From the NCBI GenBank assembly GCA_011109175.1, contig RDEW01000104.1, positions 15,133 to 79,132 of the forward strand: a DNA stretch of 64,000 bases. The letters are read 5' to 3'. The DNA comes from Dicyema japonicum. Lineage: Eukaryota > Animalia > Dicyemida. This document shows, in pieces, positions 48,801 to 61,379 of the stretch. Below the pieces are notes generated by a model. It searched no databases, was not told the origin of the DNA, and saw only the letters and a program-made list of their open reading frames with translations. The number at the start of each line of letters is the position of its first letter. Positions within the stretch are counted from its first letter, which is position 1. The translations under genes and the position numbers were made by a program.

Positions 48801-50679
48801 TAAATGAAATGACTGACTTCTCAATTTTCCACAGCGAATTGAGAAGCCTTATCTGTTAACGACGAATCGCTGACTTTGCGATTTTTTAAAAATGTCATCT
48901 GAACATGAAATGGATGATTTTCAAGCATATGCACGATATTAAATCCTAAATCACTGGCCATCCTATATAAGCAAGAAAATGGTCATTCTGCCTCTCGATA
49001 GAAACCAACAGGTACCTCCCGTGATCGCAAGGATAATGGTATAAAAGAACCTGACTTCATCCATCGTATTCCTGCAAATTAGCATCAACAAAAGGCATAG
49101 TGCTGGGGCCAAGCACGATCAGTAAAAAATGGTAAATTGCCCTCAAGGTTGAGGTGGTTACATTCTCTACTACACAAAATGGCTCTTAGCTTTATGACTA
49201 TCATGATGTCTTCCTTCTCGAAATTATGGGTGAGGTGATATATTAGTGAGACACCAAAAACCGGAAGTTCTGTCAAATCAAATGTATGAGATGCAAATTC
49301 GAATCTCGTCCAACCAAAAATTAAAAAAACTTGAAAGATTACTTCTCTAAAGTTGTACATATATGATTATATATGTGTTGCTAGTAATAATTGTAGTTCC
49401 CCCATATGGGAGACCAATCCCTCATGATCAACCTGAAAGCCTTTGTTCAATAATATTGGGAATTACCTTAGATACATTGATTTCCCAGAAATGAAAAGAA
49501 TGCTTGTTTTTCGATAATTTTTATTAAAATAAAACAAGACACAGTCAGCCGAGAGTGATACCGCCCTGACTGACTGTGTGCTATTTCTTCTCAGGGAGGC
49601 TAGTGAGATTCCCTCAAATAGCCAGCTTGAAATGTGGTTATCGTGGTGTCTTGTGGCAAATCTGGAATGGTGTCACCCATTCCGGAAAGGAACGAAAAAA
49701 GCAACCAACTTCTCCTTACCTTGTGGGGGTTCCCTTAACCTATGTGTCTCCGACTCAGACTGGCGTCATCATTGTACTGGACTATTGATTCTCCTGTTGG
49801 CGACATTGAAACAAACCCTGTCCCATGATGGTTCTAAACATAGTTATTTATTCATCAACTTCCTTCTATCAACTCCGAAGACTAACTAAATGAGATGCAG
49901 TCACTAATCTTTCGGTCCTGTGTCTTATTTATCCAGAGAAGGTTGAATGTGGATAGTGAGAAGCGATCCAGCCTATAGCAACTCCCGGACTCTCATCTAG
50001 TGATCCGCCAGCGATCTCATCGCATTCCGAAACTATCTCAACAAATCTCTTAAAAGGAATTCTACCATTTTGTCTTTCTTCAGAACCGATCGAGATTCCT
50101 CCGCATGGGTAATCCTTTCCAAAAATGGATTTCCTGGTTTTTTTAGAAACACAAGAAATTTCTTGCATCCAAGGCATTGAAAATGTTTTTGACTTTTCGT
50201 TTTTTTCTTTTTGTCTGTGTGTGAGTCCCAGGAGACAATGTAGTTCCGCAGTGAAATGTTCACTGATGACGGCATCACTTGTCAACCAGAAGAATCGTAG
50301 ATGTGTGGAACTATCAACCGAATGGACAGCAGCGAGATTCGATGATTTGATTTTTTGTCGGAGGTGGCTCTTCTTTACTGTTCTTTGGAGATCAGTGAAT
50401 GTTCTCCGTATGTGTCTAAGGTTTGTGGATTTAAGCAATGGGAAGGTTGGATGATTCGGGTTAAAGTTCTTCATTTCAAGGTGGTCCCCAGAGGCAGGAT
50501 CTTCGACTTCCAATGTAAGTATCCGACGGGAGATGATTTCAAATCCAGTCAGAAAACAAAGTCAAATGTCTTTGGAGAGGCAAATTGAATGTTTTTTTCC
50601 GTGATGCAATAATAATGTCATCTTGTATGATAAGATGATCGTTTTCTGGGTCGTTGGGATGTCTCTGAGATATACGTTA

Positions 50680-51660
50680 GAGAACGGATCCCTGGAGAAC
50701 ATATCAAAAATAGGCCGCTTCAGTCTCGGACCCAAGTCATGATTCTATAAGAAAAGATGTTTTTTGTTAAATCAGAAATCTGAAGACGGTACTTTGTTCC
50801 GTGGACATTCACAAAGCGTTTGACTCCGAACTTAGGAAAAACTCAATTTGGAAAATATTACATTTGGAAATCCCAAGAAACCTTAAACTCTGGTTGGGTA
50901 ACTTTCTTTTTAATCGGAGGGCATGTCTGTTTTGGAGATTTAAGGTCGACATCACCACTTCTCCCGAATGGCGTCCCTCAAGGATCACTCCTATCCCTAT
51001 TATTGTTAGATGACAGATATTCAGGTTGCAACATCAAGATTGCACAACACGTGGACAATCTTAACGTTTGGTTAAATGACTACCGCCTATCAATTAGCCC
51101 AGAGAAATCAGTCTCCACATTCTTCACTTCCGTAGAAAGATTAAGCAGACGGACGGTGGAGCTAAAAGTAGATAATGGCGAACTCCCTTAGCGAAAACCA
51201 GAAAATTCTGGGAGTCACATTCGACATGCACGTGTGTTTATCACAGCATGCCGAAAACTATCATTAAATGCGAGAAAAAGGCTAACGTTCTGAAAATCAT
51301 CTCAGGGGTAGTGAAGACCAGTTTTGAACTCTCTCTACAAGCAGCACGTCGAACCATGCATCTCATATGCGTGTGCTTCCTGGAGCTCGTTTATCTCTTG
51401 GACAAATCCTATGAAACTCAAAGCTATCCAAAGAATGGTTTCAAGATTTCGAAACGATGGACTTCTGGAAAGTCCCACTCTCCAATGCCTCTGGAATCCT
51501 TAATACGTAATAACCGAAGAACGTGCCGTTGCGACTACGAGGAACCAGTTATACGGCTATGAGTACTAGCGTGTGCTCGAGGAAGTAACATCGTGCCAAG
51601 TCTCCCTTGAGTGCGCCGGGATCACACGATTAGTTAGTTTGGTGTTACCGTGCTCATTGG
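50680..51660 (+). mobile_element. 5'-truncated LINE (RT plus C-terminus, deletions)
   Basis: DIHKAFD, NGVPQGSLLS, SISPEKS, KILGVTFD; ends GGGATCAC-ACGATTAGTTAG at 51618. Confidence 0.85.
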
Positions 51661-52152
51661 AATCTGTTCATTTCATACATTACATAAAATCAATAATTCT
51701 GTCAACCCTCCAAATTCCCAAATTCGCCACTTTTTTGAAAGTCCCAAAAATGATGGATTCGAGAGGATTTACTGTAATTAAATTTTATAAAGTCCCGGAC
51801 GGATGTTTGCTGATCCCTGTTTTAAAGAAGCTCATTATGGTTACGGATACGATTCCGAGGAGTGTAGGCAATTAAACCCAAAATTATCCAATCTAATCTT
51901 TTTATGCCTACGTGGGTACTTGAATTGAATATTTTCCTCCTCTTCCCTTTTGGCTCCAGTTTTTTTCCAGTCCAAATCTAATGAAAAAAAATCTTACCCT
52001 AATTACAACCAGAAATTCATAAACTAGCCTAATTTCAATTAAAAAGTCTAATTTTAACCAAAAATTCATAAAACTAGCCTAATTTCAACCAAAAAGTAAT
52101 AAAATGTTAATTTAAATTAAGCAATCAAATCAGTACCGAATTAAAACTAAGT

Positions 52153-55100
52153 TTAAAGCAATTCAAAAGCTTCCACGTGCTTCTTTGTGTTATTGGCTCT
52201 AATCTTCTGCAGAGTCTTGTATTTGTTTCTCCCTGAAAGAACATTGGAACGATAAATGACATCATTTCGACTTTCCATCCCTTTTATTTTACTTTGATCC
52301 AACAATTCAACAAATTTCTACAAAATTATACTAACCCAACCTGAAATTCAACACGTGGGGCTATTTTTGCAGGTACACGCTCTTCGTGATTCGGCGTGGT
52401 GGGCATGGTGTCTTTGAAAACAATTTCAACTAAGCAAAATCAATCTCCAAGGATCAAACCTACGTCACCTGGAGAGGACACAGAAGCATCCACATTAATC
52501 TCAATTTTGGGATTTTCACGCACATCATTCATAGAGGATCTGTTCGATACAACAAAGTCTGATTTTAATGGAGAAATATCGAATCCCTTAACAACGTTCT
52601 GAGGGACTTCTTGGACATGGTGTATCGTTACGGGAGCGGGTGGCTCAGCACAAACTTGCTCAGTCCTGGAGTAGTCCATCGTTGCAGGAGCGGGTGGCTC
52701 AGCACAGACATGTTCAACTTGGACATATTCGATCGTTACAGGAGAGGGTACCTCAGCACAAACCTGCTCCGTTTGTGCCTCAGCCATGGATTCAGTCAGT
52801 CTATTGATTTCTGACTTTAATTGAGCTTCTTTAAGAGATTTTCTAGTTTTTTCTCTAAAATTGTCAATTTTAGCAAACTTTTCCATTCGAAGGATATTCT
52901 CCTGCTCACGTTCAGTTAGCTGCAACAACTCCTGGGCTTGTCGGAGTTCTTCCTCCAGGTTATTTATTTGATTTTGAATCCTTGCAGCCTCTGATCTCTT
53001 ATACTCCAAATCATCCTCCTAAAACATAGAAATAAAATAGGGACCATCATCTTGCGTGTATTTGAAGCCACGCTAGACGAATTGGACAAATCCTGCAAGA
53101 GACACTCCAATTGTTCCTTCTCGTCAACAAGGTTCCTCAGTTTAGCAGAAAGCTGGTTTATTTGAGGAATGTAGTTTTCGTATTCTAAGGGATCAGCCAT
53201 CATAGTAGTACTGGCAGTCAAATCATTTACTTGCTCGTTGAATTGGGCTTCGACCGACATCTGTTTCTCCCTCAGATCTTCAGCTTCCTTCTGACATCTA
53301 ATAAGTTCTTCAAGCTGCTTCTCAAGTTCATCTCTCTGCCTGCGAATGTCATCATAAAGTTTTCGCTTGTTATTCCGGTCTGGAATGCGATCGAAAAACT
53401 CACCTTCAATGAACTTCCCTTCCAACTGGGAGATTTTTATCTCCAAGTTTTCAAGAACATCCTCATCTCGGTAACTTGTTTCTGTATTAGCAGCCATGAC
53501 CGGTTCAACCACCTCTAGAGTCGGTTCAGAAGCTCTTTTGAGGTCACATGATCAAAATACCTGATATTATTTACCGGCATTCTGGTTCTTTCAAAATCCT
53601 CAACAAGTTCTGTAATTATCTGTTCTTTTTCATTGACCTGGTAATTCTTAGCCGCAAGTTCAGCTTCCTACAAGTAAAGGATGATAGAGCATACCATGTT
53701 GATTCGTTCTTCATCAGCAACGTTAATTTGGGAGAGTTTTTCCTCTAGTCTTAATTTTTCTGTCAGGAGCTCTTCTAATTGAGACGTCAGAAGATCCACT
53801 TTCTGTTTTAGTAAGTTGTAGTCTAAGAATCTCAACACAAAAGAACCTTCGCTGTCTTTATCCGAATATTCTCCATAACTTTGCACCTTCATAGACATTG
53901 TTCGCATTTTATTCTCCAAATCAATGACTTGTCTGCATTTCGTTGACAAATACATCCTTTAATGAGACATATAGGAACTACTTTTGTCTGCGGAGAATAT
54001 TCTGCTCCTTGGCGGACTGCCGTCTCAACATTTTAATCTCCTCTGTGTCTTCCTTTCTGTTCTGGAAATATAGATTCCTGTATTCCAGTATCATGTCGAC
54101 AACCATGGAAGCCTCTTGCTCGTCCTCCGTCCAAACACAAAATTCCTATCATTTTGATATTTTATTACGGAGTGGTTTGATTCGTGTTCACTGAGTTTCA
54201 ATTTCACTTTCTTATTCTTGATCGTCACAGATTTGATTTCTCCATAAGGAAATGAGGAGATGGGGGTGATACTACAGGAATGAAAGTCCCTAAACCTGTC
54301 ATCAGATTTATATATGTTGATTCCCATGGGAGATAACCCCAACAGTAGCTTTGTTTTGTTTTTGTTCATAATATTGGTGTAGTATACACCAAACATATCA
54401 AGATCCTGAGCATACTTCAGGTAGTAGGCTGCGGGGGAAATCTGATCCACATTTTTACAACTAAAAAATTCATAAAAAAATAAAACTAGTCATCGCTCAT
54501 TTGCTGGTGGAAATTAATAAGTATATTTTGCCAATCTGTTTTTGGGATGTCGTGGGCATTAAACATACTAAATGTAAACACAAGTGAATTTACTTCTGAG
54601 GAATGTAGTCATCTGGATCCATGTAGTTTCCAGTGTTGACTTGAGGATCATACATCCCATGGTCACAGAGGGAGGCTATTGACGCCAATAGGAGACAATT
54701 ATTGGAATCGGTATACAAGGTCCCTTCTTTAATGAGCTGTTTTACTGTATTGTAGAATAAATCCTAAAATGGCTAGAAAAACTTACGTATATAGGTTGAG
54801 TTATTATTCCAGTATTTACATCTTCTGGGTAAATATAAACGCAGATCATACAGTGCACATCGCCAGTCTGTTTTCCTATTGGTTGTGCCGACAGCTTAAG
54901 GATTCACTCAGAAGATTTACCTTGGAGCGTTTTCTCAAGTATAATGTTTCCGTTTTATTCCGCACGTTATAGCTGAGCGTCAAAAACCAGGACTCTCGCA
55001 AATTTAAAGCTGTGCTGACCTGAAATGGTAAAATGTGAGATATTCAAAAATGGTGGTTCAATGCAACAAAACAAAACACATTTGACCATAAAAATTCAAA

Positions 55101-55283
55101 TTATACCATTTCAACTACATCATGTCCAGTTTGATTAGTTTTCACGGGGAATTTAAGTCGTTCAGCGTAGCCTTTCAGCACGATGTTTAACTAAAAATAA
55201 AATTTTGACAATTTGTTATAAATTAGCATGAACTGACAAAATAGAATGATTCTATCAAAGTCGATACCAACCTGCTTGACCAT
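52153..55283 (-). CDS. Ezrin/radixin/moesin family protein (FERM, coiled coil, ERM C-terminal actin-binding tail), ~15 introns
   Basis: Exon 1 MVKQ then LNIV (cf. MPKP|IN); LNLRESWFLTL; YLKYAQDLDMFGVYY..NKNKTKLLLG; C-terminus GRNKYKTLQKIRANNTKKHVEAFELL*. Confidence 0.92.
52608..52769 (-). repeat. 54-bp (18-aa) coding repeat, 3 units, in the ERM linker
   Basis: EQVCAEVPSPVTIEYVQV / EHVCAEPPAPATMDYSRT / EQVCAEPPAPVTIHHVQE. Confidence 0.9.
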
Positions 55284-55563
55284 TGAGAGACAGAAACCGT
55301 GCGACATTACAATCTTAATGTTTTATACGCAGCAAATGCGCAACTTATTGCCGTGGTTACGCCGACTGATATAATTGACAAATTCATCAGATCAATATTA
55401 AAAGTATTGTGATTAAATAACAAATTTTTCCCTATTTTTTAATTTAATTTTAAGATTTCTCGAGTTTCCTTTGCGGTCGCTGAGAATCTAAAAAATGCGC
55501 ATTAAAAATGTGGTGAGATATTAAGAAGCCAAAAACAATGTTAGAAAATTGTAAATGATGACT

Positions 55564-58500
55564 TTATACGTTGTCAGGATTCACATAGGAAATATCATCC
55601 CAGGGATGTCGGTATAGGTCCTGTCGTAAGATCTTCTGATCGATATGATGCCCTACAGCGCTAGACAGCTAAAAGTACCTATAAGTCCTATGGATCTTCC
55701 AAGCACAAAAATTGCGTTGAGGACGCCAGCATTGATGTAATTGTACACTTCTTCACTAAAATCGCAATAAGCAAATGAATACTTAGTAAAGTAGTTTGTG
55801 AGCAACTCCACGAAACAGGCTCCAATCGCTCCATCAATATTCAGAATCAAATTAGGTCTCTAAATGTGTTTTAGTTAGGCTTAAATAATTGATAAATTGA
55901 AAAATCGACTAAATTGTTTCAATGAGTTTAAATAAATAGGCTAATCGATATTTTCACTGAGTTAACATGGGCATTAACTTACCTTTGTAGTGGTGATTGC
56001 TTCCACGTGTAGGGCAAAGTCCAATATGGGGGTCGACACAAAACTGTCCTTTACATAGTTTGTAAGTATCTTCACCCTTTTGTCTGGATTTCCCACCTAA
56101 TGGTCAAATCCATTTACAACTGATTTGACACGGTGTCCTATTCCCATAATATATTGATTATTCTTTCGCTTTGTTTGCACAAACTCATCAGGGGAGATCC
56201 CGGAGTTCACGGCATCGAAGAAACCCCTTCCTGCAGCATCTACTGCTCCCCCAAATCTGTCGCCCTAACAAAATGAGAAAGTCATTAACAATTGTCAGTA
56301 ATCCTGAACATAATGAAGAAACTAGGTCCTTTCCAGCTCGGGAGGACACGATCGTGTTCATTGCAGCAGAGACTGCTGGACCGTGGTCGGCTACAAGCAT
56401 AAGGGACATTTCTATGAATTCCGTGACTTTAGATGGTAGGCTAAAACGATAACAATAAGATTAACGGTTTCTTGAACCACAACAATGAAAGTACCCCGCC
56501 AATACCCATTTTCTGAGAAAGAATGTTGCTCACTGGAATCCCAGCGTAAAGGAGCTCGCATCCTCTTTCATCACAAATAGTCGAAGTCACTGTGGCTGGT
56601 TTTCGAATCAGTCCCAGTTCCTGATTAAAATTAAAACCATAATCAAACACGTGCCCATTGATAATCCATAGGAACTGGAGGTGGAGCAATATCCTTAACA
56701 GGAACAATACTCCCATTTTTGATATTCTCAGCATAAACATCCCTGAAATAAAATTTACACACGTGACCTAATCACCACAACGAGACTGTCGAAGCTGTCA
56801 GGCACAAATGCCCCTGCCTCAGCCAACGCCCTGTTTTTTGCAACAGCCATCTCTTCATCAGAGTGAACCGAGGACCCCGCGTGCCCAAATTGTACCTAAA
56901 ATGAGGAAGAAGACAAACATCCGTCTTAAAATAAGTTGAGCACGTGCCAATACACCAGGCAATAACAGGTTTGGTAATTCTTCCGCTTTTCAGTGCGTCA
57001 CAAATCAAGTATTCTTCTCGTCCCCCAACTTCGCCTAAGACAACAATCATCTTGGTGCTGGAATCCCTTTCAAATCTGTAGATGTGATCCATGAAAGTAG
57101 TACAGGGATATCTACACAATCATATGAGATCCTACCTGTCTCCTCCAATGGCAATTCCCTCATTGACCCCATCAGTGCATCGGGAGATGATGTTATTAAG
57201 CTCATTGGACATTCCGCCTGATTTGGACACATAAGAAACACTTAACGTAAAATTTCATGGAAAACCTGCCAGTTCGGTACAATTTGGAGGATAAAATGTT
57301 ATCCATCATTCCAGCGGTGTTTCCAATTTTGAAACAACCAGCTTTGACTCCTCCAACAGTGGCGGGACCGATTATATTTACTCGACCAAGTCGATTAGCT
57401 TCAGCAATAAGCTTGCGAGTCATATTCTCTGGAATTCCCTCAGCGATAATGGCGATTGTTCGAATCTAAGGGAATTAACCACAAATCCTGCCCTTGGGCA
57501 CTCCATAGCCTCCATTGTGACCGAATAAGCAGAACGGAAGGAGGCAAAGTTGATGAACACATCCACATCAACGTGCTTTTCAAAAGCATCAGTCAGTTTG
57601 CTATAAACAGGAATAAATATTTCCTTCTGTCCCCAATAAAAACGGTGACGGTAATCCTCCCTGAGACCGTTAAATGGAACATCAACACAAAAGGGTTAAC
57701 CAAGGCGGCAACAGAAGGTAGTTCCCTCGAGCACGAGTAGTCAAAATCAAGCATGCTCTGCACAGCAGTCTGTTGCATCCCCCAGACAACAGCACGTGTT
57801 TTAGATGTGAACAACTGGTTAGCGTTACCGTTGGAAGACGAAACATCAATGACTTCTTTATCTGATGCGGAGCTTGGCTTCTTCTTCCACTAGGAATATG
57901 AGGATATCATACACTCTCAAATCCAAAATTAAGCAGAAAGTTTGCCGTGGTAGTCGATTTCTCGAACTTGTAATCTCCCATAACGTCACGTGCTCCAAAT
58001 GCCATTCCAACTATGGCGGTCATGTGAGTTTCTGGTCCAAACACATAAAAGGGGACATCGATCCGTTCTCCCAACTCAACCATGTGTCTCAATCCCTCCT
58101 GATAGTTAGGCCCGCCTCTTCTAACAAATACAGACACGTTGTGAGCCTTCAAATCAACCACACTCATCTCCAATGATCTAATGATTCCCTTTATAGTAAC
58201 AATCCCCTTGAACCTTGAAAGTATCAGCCACGTTGGTAAAGTTTGCGATTCCACCCCCAATTATGAGCACCTTCCCTTTGTCCGAGTGAGGGGCTTTGAA
58301 CATCAGCTTAGTGATTGTGCAGGTATATTCGTATGTTTGCTGTTCTGAGGGAGCCCCAGAATATTCGCCATAGTTTGCCAGATCCTCGATTCCCCCATAC
58401 TCACAAATCGTGTCTCTAAAAGCCAATGTATTATACAGGATACGTGAACACGACTGAGGCCCCACCCCCAGCCACTAAGGTCCATATGCGACCACGTGGG

Positions 58501-59483
58501 TTTATCAGAGTGAGCTTCAGGGATGCTCCAGAAGAAGCGTTCATTTTTGCGATTGCTTCTTCCTATTAGTCATTTTTAAAGGCGAACCTCTGGATAGAGA
58601 TCTCTTCCGAACGGAGGAGGAAAGGTTACGTTCCCCCATAAATCCTTCATCAAGTACTGAGCACACTCATCCAGCTTAGCAGCAGCGTCAAGAACATATA
58701 CTTTGTCCCCTTCCTTTATTACTAAGATTCATAAACGAGGAGAAACACCGAGCGGATTTATTTCAAGGTAAGTGAAGTACAATCGCTTATATACTTCGTA
58801 TAAGTTTACTATAAAGGAGATGAGAGTCCTAAACAGTAAAAGCGGGAAAAACCGCTTAGTAGTTGGACACGTGACAAATTTTAGCAAAGTGTCGTTGATG
58901 TCTTCTTGGGACAGCTTCTGGGTGACAGGAATGTCGAGTTTGAAAGCCTTGGATAATTTATGCTTAAACCTTGGAATCGACGTCTCCCACGTCAACCCCT
59001 CCCTCGTGGTAAAACAGGATTGTATCACACTCCCTCGACGAATAAATACAAAGGTAATGTTCCTCATCCTTTAAATTTATTAAATTTAAAGAAAAACGTT
59101 TTTGTGGGGCAAAAATGGCTCAATTATGAAATTTCTTAGGCGCCCGGTTGCATTGCCAATCTAAAATAAAATAGACAAGAACCTTAACATCACTGACCAC
59201 GTGGTCACTTATCCAAGATAAAACTTTATCAAAATTCAAATCTATGCCAATGAGGCCAAGCTTGCCACGCCTTTTAATTCCTTGGTCAACTTTGACAACA
59301 AGACTCTAAAATTTGCATAATTTAATTAACCGAATTCAATAGCCATTGATTTTCTTTGCAGTCATTATGCAGCTTATCTTGCGACACAAATGAGTAGAAA
59401 CAACTTCTTTGAAAATTTAGGTCATTCAAATGCTGGTTAAGCAGACTTTTAGTTGTAGCCTCACTTATAGGTTTCGCCGACAT
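55564..59483 (-). CDS. ACLY: ATP-citrate synthase, single-chain animal type, ~23 introns including one GC-AG
   Basis: [86 protein letters not shown]; the halves are joined in frame across a 23-nt intron at ~57890-57912. Confidence 0.96.
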
Positions 59484-59889
59484 TTCGTAATTCAAATAAT
59501 ATGAACGCTTATTTATATAAAAATTGGGTTTGTTAGATAAATTAACTCACTTATGATAAAATAAAAATAATTTATATAAAAATAATTAAATATACCTTTC
59601 TTTAAAAAGAGGAGAGAATTCGGAAAAATGGTTGAGTTACGCTCAGAGCGATGTGGAAAAGCGCTGGTGGAATGGGGGTCCTTTAATCGGCTGGCTTCCT
59701 TTTCTGGGGTTCAATGAATTAGTTTTATATGAGAGGAATGTGAATGATTAAGTCGTACTGGATCATGAGACATTGCATGATTAAGTAGAGTGATTAGATT
59801 ACTGATAACTTCAATATTGATAAAATTAAAAATCGAATATAAAGTCATAAACTATTGCCTGTTAAAGTATTAAGGTACTAGCTAAGAGT

Positions 59890-60200
59890 TTTTGAAAGGC
59901 CGCGTGGTGCCAGCTTTATCGTGTTGCCATGTTCTTTCTTCTGTGCCACCTCTCCACTTTTCTACTAGAGTGGCGTCATGTGATCCATGTGTTAGGGTGG
60001 GACGAATAAAGATCATTTGTTCTCACCCACTCGACTGGAGGGGTTTCCACAACTGCAAGGAATGGACGTCTTCTACATTTTATGCTGGTTCTGGATGGAC
60101 TTGTGTGACCTTGAAGGGCTTGTTTCTGTGACAGTGGAAACTGAATACGCTTAATTACTTGTTAACTGAAACCTTTTTCTCGGTGTATCCGGGGTTAATA
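59890..60200 (+). mobile_element. LINE 3' end
   Basis: Homologue of 33200-33430; ends CCGGGGTTAATAATAG. Confidence 0.7.
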
Positions 60201-60439
60201 ATAGCTAAGAGTTTTAATATTATTTGTCCATTAGACTCCATTCATCTCATGCAACATCAATGAAAAATCTCCTTTTCTCTCACTCAGAATTTACTAACCC
60301 TCCTGACTTTAGCCTTTGAATTATTTCTGACTCACTATTTTATGGAGTTTTTCTACTTCAACAGACTTTATATTGTCCAGAGAAGTAACCACCATATCAA
60401 TCATCCAGATTCCTACATTTTTTTATTAAACTTCATTAA

Positions 60440-61370
60440 AAAACACGAAAGTCAATCAAAAATGATCATCGTCGACATAATAGACGTTGCCTTTCACGAT
60501 TGTAACAGAGATCAACTAGAGAAGGCAGACATTTTTGAGAATTTCGGAGGTGTCAATATGGGCTCCCGTTTCTTTACAAGTTCCTCGAAAGGAGATGATC
60601 TTAGCGGTGACGAGGAGAGCTATAGTTAATGTTGCTTGAAAGACATTGATCTCCTTCAGATTAATATTGGACAGGTTTGTTCCCGATGCAGAACAGACAT
60701 AACTGATTGTCGGTTGTATGTATTATAGAGTTGGGTTGAAGCAGCCTTTGTAGTGTCCAAGGAGTGTTTTTACAAAATTTAATTTCTTTGGGACGAGGAT
60801 ATGACGTTGTAATTGACCATTTGAAGGTCAATGTCAAGATGAAAGTTCAATCATACACCTAGTTTTTTTAATTATCCCCGGATATACTTGAAAAAGGTTT
60901 TTATCTGGTTCCCTCGGTCAGAATGAGAGCTAATATGTCTAAGCATTAGCCTCCACTGACCTAGGGAACAGAATGTCGTTCAGGCATTGGACGTCTCCTG
61001 AAATGGACTATAGATCGTCAGCTTGTAGATCCTTGGTGACCAGTCTCACACAGGTCCTTGTGACCTTTCTGATCATTGAGTCGATTTGATCCCTGTCGAC
61101 ATAATAGACGTTCCGTTGCCTTTCACGATTGTAACAGAGATCAATTAGAAAAGCCAATGAGTCTCACGTGCGTCGTGGTTTTTTAGTGTTCCAGCTTCTT
61201 GAAGAAAACGAAACGATTTCCCGCTTATTCCTCCAGGTGTCTCAACTACGATGGGGTGGAACGTGAACCGATCAATCAACACTGTATTTTTCTTCTTGAC
61301 TTTCATTGATTTTTCCGCGCATACAGTGTGTCTACCGCGTTTGTTGAATGAGAAAATATTCGATTTATTT
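60440..61370 (-). mobile_element. CRE-like 3' fragment interrupted by a ~570-bp LINE RT fragment
   Basis: DRFTFHPIVVETPGG...RETHWLF*LISVTIVKGN; the insert has QGS, ADDL and YIQPTISYVCS; ~55-bp direct repeats at 60471-60524 and 61095-61153. Confidence 0.75.
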
Positions 61371-61379
61371 TATTGAACT

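Noticed and set aside
6895-51640. Recurring GGGATCAC-TTAATTAG as a CRISPR-like or recombination-site array
   Set aside because: Copies are dispersed, in both orientations, and each terminates a LINE fragment; there is no spacer structure.
52005-52100. Two ~48-bp tandem copies downstream of the ERM gene; similar small duplications at ~12140, ~34850 and ~63875
   Set aside because: Simple local duplications with no coding or structural signal.
57860-57915. ACLY split into separate A and B subunit genes
   Set aside because: A 23-nt GT-AG intron joins both halves in frame.
58188-58212. ACLY intron resembling a duplicate of adjacent coding sequence (reads FKGIV), suggesting intron gain by tandem duplication
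   Set aside because: Similarity covers only ~17 nt with several mismatches, and this K|G phase-0 position may be ancestral. It cannot be supported without outgroup gene structures.
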